From positions 88,662 through 152,661 of the forward strand of contig JAFXHE010000003.1 of NCBI GenBank assembly GCA_017536555.1: a stretch of 64,000 bases of DNA, written 5' to 3'. A model generated the notes under the pieces. It was not told the DNA's origin. It ran no database searches and was given only the letters and a program-made list of their open reading frames with translations. Numbering within the stretch: the first letter of the stretch is position 1; each line of letters opens with the position of its first letter. This stretch comes from Alistipes sp. GTDB lineage: Bacteria; Bacteroidota; Bacteroidia; Bacteroidales; Rikenellaceae. The translations under genes were made by a program, and so were the position numbers. Below, one piece after another: positions 26,617 through 34,349 of the stretch.

Positions 26617-27617
26617 TACATCATATTCTTAAATTTGCGCGCTCCAAAGAGATAACGCACAACAACCGAGAAGCGGTATACTCCTGCAACCTTTTTCTTG
26701 CGCACCACGTTACGGCGTTTTACCGCCAACCGCCTATGCCACGCAATAAAGCTCAACCAAGCGCGCACCACCGCCCAGGCACGCTGTGGATGTAGCGTAA
26801 AGAGGTAGCCCAAAGCCTCGACAAGGTCGGTCACAGGGCGTACCACAGCAACGACACATCGCTGCATAGCAGTAGAACACTTATAGAGCATCGCAAGGTT
26901 ATTGCGGTGGTTGAGATATATCTTACGCGACGACACAGGCAGCGTGCCTCCGCCAAGGTGGTAGACAACGGAGCGTGGCTCAACCACTATGCGGTAGCCA
27001 GCGAGCTGCATACGCCACTGCAGGTCAATCTCCTCCATATGTGCAAAGAACGACTCATCGAAGCCGCCCATCTCAAAGAATACTTCACGGCGACAACACA
27101 GCGCAGCACCACTACCCCAGAATATGTCGCGGCGCGTGTCATACTGCCCCTCGTCGCGCTCCACCGCCGAGAGTATGCGTCCGCGGCAGAAGGGATAGCC
27201 CAAATAGTCGATGAAGCCTCCAGCAGCACCTGCATACTCAAACTCATCACGACGCTCTACGGAGCGTAGCTTGGGTGCTACAGCAGCGACATCCGACTCA
27301 CTATCAAGCAGATCAACGAGCGGTTGCCACCAACCATCAGTAGTCTCAACATCGGAGTTTAGCAACAGCACATACTCGCTATCCACCTCCGCTAAAGCAC
27401 GATTATAGCCACCTGCAAAGCCATAGTTACGGTCGAGGCGTATAACGCGAATATCGGGATACGCCAGACGCAGCCACACGATAGTATCATCCGTCGAGCC
27501 GTTATCAGCAATAATAACCTCGGCATCGCCCGTAGTGTGGGCGACGACACTCGGCAAGAATCGCTCCAGATGGCGACGTCCGTTCCAATTAAGTATGACA
27601 ACGCTCAACTTTGACAT
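26616..27617 (-). CDS. Glycosyltransferase family 2 (WbbL/rhamnosyltransferase-like)
   Basis: VILNWNG, DNGSTD, GFAGGYN, LLNSD, HMEEIDL, HLGGGT. Confidence 0.87.
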   Translation of the reverse strand: MSKLSVVILNWNGRRHLERFLPSVVAHTTGDAEVIIADNGSTDDTIVWLRLAYPDIRVIRLDRNYGFAGGYNRALAEVDSEYVLLLNSDVETTDGWWQPLVDLLDSESDVAAVAPKLRSVERRDEFEYAGAAGGFIDYLGYPFCRGRILSAVERDEGQYDTRRDIFWGSGAALCCRREVFFEMGGFDESFFAHMEEIDLQWRMQLAGYRIVVEPRSVVYHLGGGTLPVSSRKIYLNHRNNLAMLYKCSTAMQRCVVAVVRPVTDLVEALGYLFTLHPQRAWAVVRAWLSFIAWHRRLAVKRRNVVRKKKVAGVYRFSVVVRYLFGARKFKNMM

Positions 27618-27629
27618 AACACAGCCCTC

Positions 27630-28556
27630 CTATTGACGTTTATACTTCCAGCGACGATGCGACCACAGCCACAGCTCGGGGCGTTCACATATCACCTCCT
27701 CCAAACGACGCACATAGCGTTCCGTAATCTCGTGCTCCGCAACGCTCTCACAGCCATCGTAGAGTTGCTCCATAACTAACTCATACTCGCCACGACGCAA
27801 CGGGCGCATCCACGCAAACCACACAGGCAGTGACAGCTTACGCGCTATCTGCTCGCCGCCCTCGGCAAAGATTGTCTCCTGGTTAAGGAACATAAACCAA
27901 TGTGCGTCCTTATGAAAGTATGGGTTTTGGTCGGCTATGAGACCCATTGCAAGACGCTTATCGCCGCCTCTATTCTTTATGAAGTAGCGCAGGCTCTCGT
28001 CACGTGGCACAAGCACCGTATTATTGCGACGACGCATACGCTTAAACAGCTCGTCCAATGCACTATTCTCCAACGGATGGTAGATGCTCATAACAAGGTG
28101 CTGGGCATCATACTGTGCCACCGACGTAAAGTACTCCCACGAGCCAAAGTGTCCACCAAGCAAGACTATATCCTTATCCGCCACCGCCTGTACGTAGCTC
28201 GCGGCATTTGGGAAGGTGAGATACTGCTTCATACGCTCGCCCGAAATGCCTGTGACACTTATGGTGTTTACCATCTGCTCGGCAAGGTTGCGCGTAACAC
28301 CACGTGTGATACGGCATAGCTCCTCTTCGCTCTTTGCAGGAAAGGCATTTCGCAGGTTGGTGAGTATCACGCCACGACGATAGCGCACGACATAGTATAG
28401 TATGAAGAATATAGACTCCTCGATGACGTAGTAGCGCACCCAGCGTGGTAATATAGCCACTATACGGCACAGGGCATAGAGCACCGCCACGAGGCACTTC
28501 TGCCATACGTTGAGAGTATATCTGTTATTATCTCTTGCCATACGTGCAACGCTCAC
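27630..28556 (-). CDS. Lipid A late acyltransferase (LpxL/HtrB family); start may be slightly downstream
   Basis: NLRNAFP, GHFGSWE, IADQ, PELWLWSHRRWK. Confidence 0.85.
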   Translation of the reverse strand: MSVARMARDNNRYTLNVWQKCLVAVLYALCRIVAILPRWVRYYVIEESIFFILYYVVRYRRGVILTNLRNAFPAKSEEELCRITRGVTRNLAEQMVNTISVTGISGERMKQYLTFPNAASYVQAVADKDIVLLGGHFGSWEYFTSVAQYDAQHLVMSIYHPLENSALDELFKRMRRRNNTVLVPRDESLRYFIKNRGGDKRLAMGLIADQNPYFHKDAHWFMFLNQETIFAEGGEQIARKLSLPVWFAWMRPLRRGEYELVMEQLYDGCESVAEHEITERYVRRLEEVICERPELWLWSHRRWKYKRQ

Positions 28557-28559
28557 TCA

Positions 28560-29276
28560 TTACTCTACATCATTCTCATCATCCTCGCGTGTCTGCTCGG
28601 CTTTAGGGTCATAGCCCGCTACGACAATAACAAACTCACCCTTGGGCTCGTGCTCCTTGAAGTGTGCTAACACCTCTGCAACCGTGCCACGCACCGTCTG
28701 CTCAAACTTCTTGGTTATCTCCCTAACAACAGCCACACGACGCTCCGCTCCAAAGGTCTCGGCAATCTGCTCAAGGCACTTCACTACGCGGTATGGCGAC
28801 TCATAGAGGACGATTGTACGCGGCTCTACGGCAAGCTCCGCAAGTCGCTTCATACGCCCCTTCTTTTGCGGCAGAAAGCCCTCGAAACAGAATCTATCAC
28901 AGGGAAAGCCACTCTGCACAACAGCGGGAATAAGTGCCGTAGCACCTGGCAGCGTCTCCACGTCAATACCCTCCTCTACGCACTTGCGCACAAGCAAGAA
29001 GCCTGGATCGGAGATACCAGGTGTGCCTGCATCAGAGACTAATGCCACATCACGACCTGCTGCTATTGACTCCGCCACACGACCAACCGTAGCGTGCTCG
29101 TTGAACTTATGGTGCGAATGCATCGGCTTCTCAATACCGAGGTGGCGTAAGAGGTGTGATGTTGTGCGTGTATCCTCTGCGAGGATGAAGTCCACGTCAC
29201 GCAAGACGTTTATTGCACGAAGCGTGATATCTTCGAGGTTACCTATGGGCGTTGGGACTATATAGAGTTTTGCCAT
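28560..29276 (-). CDS. rsmI: 16S rRNA (cytidine1402-2'-O)-methyltransferase
   Basis: PTPIGNLEDIT, AEDTRT, SDAGTPGISDPG, YESPYR, REITKKFE. Confidence 0.95.
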   Translation of the reverse strand: MAKLYIVPTPIGNLEDITLRAINVLRDVDFILAEDTRTTSHLLRHLGIEKPMHSHHKFNEHATVGRVAESIAAGRDVALVSDAGTPGISDPGFLLVRKCVEEGIDVETLPGATALIPAVVQSGFPCDRFCFEGFLPQKKGRMKRLAELAVEPRTIVLYESPYRVVKCLEQIAETFGAERRVAVVREITKKFEQTVRGTVAEVLAHFKEHEPKGEFVIVVAGYDPKAEQTREDDENDVE

Positions 29277-29323
29277 TGTATCTATTTTTGCAGTTTCTCC
29301 ACTTTGCGATTTTTAGGCGGCAA

Positions 29324-30370
29324 CTATGCTAACTTACGCTCGATAAGCGACACAAGCAGGCGCGCACCCTCTGAATCGGGATTCCAAGTAAAGTTTTCCA
29401 CTATGTAAATCATACACTCGTCAAGGTCATCAAACTCGTTGAGTGTCTCGATAGTATCTTCATACTTTGACGCGTCGCCATTGAAGAGGTCACGTATCAT
29501 CAAAAATCTATCGTTTAGACCTATCGCGCTCCGTAGATTGTCTATCTTGTTGAATGCAGGAGTTGGGGCATCATCCTTGACCATCTTGTCGGCAAGCACC
29601 GTAACACTGCCACCCAACACATCGCCAAGGCGCACCTGTGGCTCTTTAGATATAGCTGGCTGCGGAGCGGGAGCGGAAGCAGAAGTAGGCGCAGGCTGCG
29701 GGGTAATTGGGCGTGGCGCGGGCTGACGCTCTGGAGCGGGCTCTACCATAGGCGCAGGCTCTGGCGTAGGCTCTGGCGTAGGCGTAGGCTCTACCGCAGG
29801 CGCAGGCTGCGTTATAGGCGAGCTATAGAGCGATATTATCTTTCGTCCGCGTTTGGTACGGATAGGTATATCGTCGATATCGAACAGACCGCCACCAAAG
29901 GGCTGCGGCTTTGCTGGCTCCTCAACAATGGGAGTAGGCTCGGGTGCGGGCTCTAATTCGGGCACAGACTCTGGCGCAGGCTCGGGTTCGGGCAGTGGCG
30001 CGGGCTCTGGCTCACTGATAGGCTCGGGCTCGGGCTCAATAACAGGCTCTGGAGTTGGCTCAATGATAGGCTCGGGCTCGGGCATAGGCTCGGGCATAGG
30101 CTCCTCGTCGTTAAGACCCAGCAGGGCATCGATATCAAGTATATCGTCGAACTCCTCGACAGCCTCGCGCGCAGGCAGCGTAGAGAGCATCTCGCCTACG
30201 CTATCGGCAAGCGCAGTATCTCCACTGCACTGCAACAACTCCTCATAGATGCGACGCAGCTCCTCAAGGGCTAAATCGCGCTCAATAGCGGGGATACTCT
30301 TTGATGCTGTCCACCCATCGACAAGCGATGACAGGTGAGCGAGAGAGTCGACAATCTTTTTCAGTTCCAT
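29324..30370 (-). CDS. Hypothetical protein with long Pro/Glu-repeat linker and globular C-terminal domain
   Basis: Likely start MELKK at 30370; (PE)n tracts; C-terminal [17 protein letters not shown] block. Confidence 0.7.
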   Translation of the reverse strand: MELKKIVDSLAHLSSLVDGWTASKSIPAIERDLALEELRRIYEELLQCSGDTALADSVGEMLSTLPAREAVEEFDDILDIDALLGLNDEEPMPEPMPEPEPIIEPTPEPVIEPEPEPISEPEPAPLPEPEPAPESVPELEPAPEPTPIVEEPAKPQPFGGGLFDIDDIPIRTKRGRKIISLYSSPITQPAPAVEPTPTPEPTPEPAPMVEPAPERQPAPRPITPQPAPTSASAPAPQPAISKEPQVRLGDVLGGSVTVLADKMVKDDAPTPAFNKIDNLRSAIGLNDRFLMIRDLFNGDASKYEDTIETLNEFDDLDECMIYIVENFTWNPDSEGARLLVSLIERKLA

Positions 30371-30606
30371 ACTTACAATGCTACGTATATGTATATATAA
30401 CGTACCAAAGGTAAGCAAAAAAAGCGAAAAATGCAATTTTTTTATTAATTACCACGCTCACAGCCCTATTGAGGTGGTGCGACAGGGTTTTATAGGAGGG
30501 GATAGGAGTGGATAGGGCTAACAGCGTCAACTCTTTACGCGCAAGGCAATTTCACGCTTTAGTCAGAGCCACCCCGCCTACTCATACCACCTACTAATTT
30601 TAACAA

Positions 30607-30633
30607 AAATAGCCACCTCACGGGTGGCTATTT
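30607..30633 (-). terminator. Terminator at the end of the fimbrillin unit
   Basis: AAATAGCCACC-TCACG-GGTGGCTATTT perfect stem. Confidence 0.75.
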
Positions 30634-30655
30634 GAGTTTTGTATCGAAGTTATTA

Positions 30656-30811
30656 TTAGCTATTTGTATCGTTTTGTATTTTATCTTTTATCGTCAAGAC
30701 TCCGCCTATGGTTGCTCCAATGAAGCATAGTATACCGTAACCTACAAGTGCTATCACTCCAAGAGCAATCAATAGCATCACCGCATAACCAACAAAACTC
30801 CAAATACCCAC
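30656..30811 (-). CDS. Putative 51-aa small membrane protein (below ORF-track cut-off)
   Basis: GTG start; VGIWSFVGYAVMLLIALGVIALVGYGILCFIGATIGGVLTIKDKIQNDTNS*; lies between fimbrillin and terminator. Confidence 0.45.
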   Translation of the reverse strand: MGIWSFVGYAVMLLIALGVIALVGYGILCFIGATIGGVLTIKDKIQNDTNS

Positions 30812-30863
30812 AATAACTTGATTGTAACTTTTGCAAAGTCTATTATTTATCCATTTGCACTAA

Positions 30864-32525
30864 CTATTGTGCATAACGGAAGTGTGCCTCGTGCAGGAAG
30901 TAATGGTGCGCTGTCGAAGAGAAATCACCTTCATCACTATCTATGCTGATATAGGGAGTAGAGGGGCTTATCGCAAAGGCTGTCAGCCACTCGCCGCTGC
31001 CGTAAATTGTACCTCCAATATCCTCTCCACCACTACAAGTATAGGTTACAGATGATGTATTGCTTGTTGTATCATTAGCAACAGCTCCTACATAGCCAGT
31101 ACGAGTCTTCTTACCTCCCCAATATAAGAAGTATGCACTTCTATGGATAGATGCTTGAACATTAATGTTTGACGGCATATAAAATCTCGGAGAGACAATA
31201 AATCCAGACTCTTTAACACCCCAACGTTTAGTCTGCAACACAAGAGTTGAAGTTCGAGCAACCCCCGTTCTACTTGTCATATTAAGGGTACCATTATCCT
31301 TCCAGCCATCTGTTCTATATTTATCCAACGAGCCATCTTCAAAATCATAACTATACGGCAGACCTGTAATCCAGAGATTATTTGATGAGTAGTAGCGTTT
31401 GCCATCAACTATAATAAACGCTCTAACATCATTCTGCTCGCCCCACAACACATTGTACGTGGGCTGCTCATTAAACACAAAGGTATTGTTTGACTTATCC
31501 CAGCTAATCTGACCCGCAGAGTAGGTATAGTCAACGCTACCGAGACGATAGCCGACATCGCTAATCATAGCATCCTGAACACCTGCATAAGAGCTACTAC
31601 ACGGCTCATCGTTAATACCAGAAACAAAGTAGATTGCGTTGTTTGCACACTTATTAGCACTTGCAGCATCCCCCGCAGCATAGTAGCTATACGAGGTCTT
31701 GGCACCAAGTGTAACGGTGGGTGTAGACCACTCAAACGCTACACGTGAGGTAGTACCCTGCACGAACTGCTTGCCAGCATAAGCCTTGCTACAAGTGTTG
31801 CCACTACCATCGGTAAGACGTACCACATAGCCACCTGCCAAATCGAGGTTTGCGGGCAACGAGATAAAGAACTCCGACGACGAGGGGTTATTAACAACAA
31901 TTGATGACACCATATTATCTAAGTGCTCACAGGTGTTGCTCTCGTACGAGTAACGATAGCTTGCAGGTATCTGTGCGCCATCCAACGACATAAGCTCCGC
32001 CTTTGCGATGGTCGCAACGCCTGTTGCCGACACGTGCAACAGCGCGTTAACGGGCTTAAACTCCATATTTATATCGTAGGGCGACACCTCCGTAGCCATA
32101 CCCGCCAAGAGCACAGCGTTACTATCTACACCACCCGACTGCTCGGCATAGTTAACATCAATATAGTTATCACCAACGGTAACAGTGCCATACATAATAG
32201 CACTCTGGGGGTGCACACCATAGTAGGTATCTACATCGGCAACAGCCTCGGCAGTACCCTTAAAGTGGACATTGCTCTTACCAGCACTCTGCGCTGTAAG
32301 GTTTGCCTCGGTGCCCTTATTAGACCAAACGCGAATAACATCACCCGACTCCCAGCTGACATCGGTAAACTTCTCGCCAGAGATGCTAACACGTGTATCA
32401 TCCTCGGCGATGCTCGCGCTCAAGTTAATCTCCACAACCTCATTCATATCGACAGCAGGCTCAACACTCTTTGAACAACCCGCAAATGCAGCCACGGCTG
32501 CTAACGCCATAAAAAATCTCTTCAT
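30864..32525 (-). CDS. Fimbrillin-family (type V pilin, Mfa-like) lipoprotein with C-terminal extension
   Basis: Lipobox FAGC; DTRVS...SWESGDVIRV motif, YYGVHP, MEFKPVNALL. Confidence 0.75.
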   Translation of the reverse strand: MKRFFMALAAVAAFAGCSKSVEPAVDMNEVVEINLSASIAEDDTRVSISGEKFTDVSWESGDVIRVWSNKGTEANLTAQSAGKSNVHFKGTAEAVADVDTYYGVHPQSAIMYGTVTVGDNYIDVNYAEQSGGVDSNAVLLAGMATEVSPYDINMEFKPVNALLHVSATGVATIAKAELMSLDGAQIPASYRYSYESNTCEHLDNMVSSIVVNNPSSSEFFISLPANLDLAGGYVVRLTDGSGNTCSKAYAGKQFVQGTTSRVAFEWSTPTVTLGAKTSYSYYAAGDAASANKCANNAIYFVSGINDEPCSSSYAGVQDAMISDVGYRLGSVDYTYSAGQISWDKSNNTFVFNEQPTYNVLWGEQNDVRAFIIVDGKRYYSSNNLWITGLPYSYDFEDGSLDKYRTDGWKDNGTLNMTSRTGVARTSTLVLQTKRWGVKESGFIVSPRFYMPSNINVQASIHRSAYFLYWGGKKTRTGYVGAVANDTTSNTSSVTYTCSGGEDIGGTIYGSGEWLTAFAISPSTPYISIDSDEGDFSSTAHHYFLHEAHFRYAQ

Positions 32526-32543
32526 TGTCTCTGCATTTTAGGA

Positions 32544-32675
32544 TTAATCCAACAACTCGCCATCGCCACCATCGCCATAGTCGAGCGATGAGTCAAAGCC
32601 TGACATCGTAAAACCATATTCCACCGAAACCTTGACCTCGTCAAGCTCGGGTGCCGTATAAAACAGCTCTTTCAT
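32544..32675 (-). CDS. 43-aa YxAPxL...ExGF..S microprotein upstream of the fimbrillin
   Basis: MKELFYTAPELDEVKVSVEYGFTMSGFDSSLDYGDGGDGELLD*; AT-rich RBS region, upstream TATATTTG box (32786-32793), stop 18 bp before the fimbrillin ATG. Confidence 0.7.
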   Translation of the reverse strand: MKELFYTAPELDEVKVSVEYGFTMSGFDSSLDYGDGGDGELLD

Positions 32676-32898
32676 AATTTATCAAAAAATTTCCTAATAA
32701 TTGTTTACCTTCATACGTACTCTTATGTGGATTACAGCACCCACAATAATCCGCCAAAATCTAAAAAAAACTCCGACGAATGGCGCAAATATACAATAAA
32801 ATAAATTGCTAAAAATAGATTGGTAGATAAATTCAACAAACAGCGACTATTTTACAATAAAACAGACCCTATTACTACGTAATACGCAGATACAGAAA

Positions 32899-32927
32899 CG
32901 AGGAGATAACACTCGGTCATCTCCTCG
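32899..32927 (-). terminator. Terminator after the DUF4465-like gene
   Basis: CGAGGAGAT/ATCTCCTCG stem. Confidence 0.6.
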
Positions 32928-32968
32928 CCATACTCTTAAAACGTCTACCTTGTGTAGGCTCGACTCCA

Positions 32969-33679
32969 CTAACTCTCGTAGGTGTAGATTAGGTCGTCAA
33001 GGCAGATATATAGCGGCGTGTTAGCACCCCACTCACCCACGTCGGTAGTCTCGATACGTATGCGCACACCCCACAGATTACCCTTCAAGGCAGAGATATC
33101 CACCATATCCCACTCTTTAGCAATAAAACGCTTACCGTCGCGGAAGTCAACAGCATAGTAATCGACAACAGCACCCTCTGTCTTATTCTCGCCAAGCGCG
33201 ATAAACGACACCTTAAGGTAGTCGCCATCCTTAAAGGCGCGAGCATAGTCATTGCCATTAACAACAGCGTTATAGGTGATTGTCGAGAGGTTAAGACGCA
33301 CGGTCTTAAACTGATAGTTGCCAAAATAGCGGCAGAGAATATCGGTAGGCTCACTATAGCTATCGTAGTAGTACATAGCAAAGTGTGTACCCGAGGCTGC
33401 CTTGTCGTTATAGACTCCATACTGGTTGTTGTAGGTGGTGTCCTCCATATCGAAGCTGCGTGACTGTGCAAAGCCGCTCCAGTTGCCAAACTCCTCGTTA
33501 TAGCTATACGTGTAGACCAAGATGTCGGTGAAATAGCCGTAGTTGAACTCCACATTACCAGGCATATTTAGCTCGAAGCTCTCAATAACAGTGGCCTCAA
33601 TCTTGCCCATCTTCTCGCCAGGCTCACAGCCCACAAGAACAAATGATGCAAATAGCAGGGTTAATAGTCTAATTTTCAT
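32969..33679 (-). CDS. DUF4465-like lipoprotein
   Basis: Lipobox LVGC (start at 33679); WSGFA, NQY, ARAFKDGDYLKV, GANTPLYICLDD. Confidence 0.72.
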   Translation of the reverse strand: MKIRLLTLLFASFVLVGCEPGEKMGKIEATVIESFELNMPGNVEFNYGYFTDILVYTYSYNEEFGNWSGFAQSRSFDMEDTTYNNQYGVYNDKAASGTHFAMYYYDSYSEPTDILCRYFGNYQFKTVRLNLSTITYNAVVNGNDYARAFKDGDYLKVSFIALGENKTEGAVVDYYAVDFRDGKRFIAKEWDMVDISALKGNLWGVRIRIETTDVGEWGANTPLYICLDDLIYTYES

Positions 33680-33730
33680 AATGTTACTTTGTATAATATT
33701 CATATTTTTCACTATTTTCATCCTATCATC

Positions 33731-34336
33731 TTACAAGAACGACACTATGTCGTAGGCACGATACGCCTGCTTCGACCAGCGCGGGAGCGTGCTATCAGAC
33801 AGATCTGCCATCGAGAGCTCTATGATAACACTCGTGCCATCATAGTTATATACCACGCAGCGCGGTAGCACGCTCTCCGTGTCTACACCAAGCGTCAGCC
33901 TAATGTCGCTAATACCCATACCCTCAACCTTTGGCACAAGTTGCAACACAACACTCGCGGGCTCGGTAGAGGCAACGCTCATCTGAAACTCGCTATCAAC
34001 AAACTTGAAGGCACGCGTAGGGTTAGAGAGCAGATCCACCGACTCAAGGTTAACTCTATCCTCGGTGACCTCCTTACGCTGGTTGTTCACCTCGTAGCGC
34101 AGCTTGCCATCGCTATATACCTCCATACTGCCCAGCACAAGGTAGTAGGCATCGCCCTCAACCATAAAATAGCCATTAAGAGGCTCATCCTCGTCCACGC
34201 TAACAGTAAGGTGCATAGCATAGCGCGTACCCAGCGTAGAGTCTAACCTACGGAGCCACTCCTGCGCAGTGGTCTGTGCCGAGAGCACCGCCACACTACA
34301 ACAGAGAGTTAAAAAGAGCATAACAAGTCGTCTCAT
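33731..34336 (-). CDS. LolA-like outer-membrane lipoprotein carrier
   Basis: Signal peptide; YSDGKLRY...EVT...NP motif; directly downstream of ftsK (conserved synteny). Confidence 0.72.
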   Translation of the reverse strand: MRRLVMLFLTLCCSVAVLSAQTTAQEWLRRLDSTLGTRYAMHLTVSVDEDEPLNGYFMVEGDAYYLVLGSMEVYSDGKLRYEVNNQRKEVTEDRVNLESVDLLSNPTRAFKFVDSEFQMSVASTEPASVVLQLVPKVEGMGISDIRLTLGVDTESVLPRCVVYNYDGTSVIIELSMADLSDSTLPRWSKQAYRAYDIVSFL

Positions 34337-34349
34337 AACATTTCAGCCA

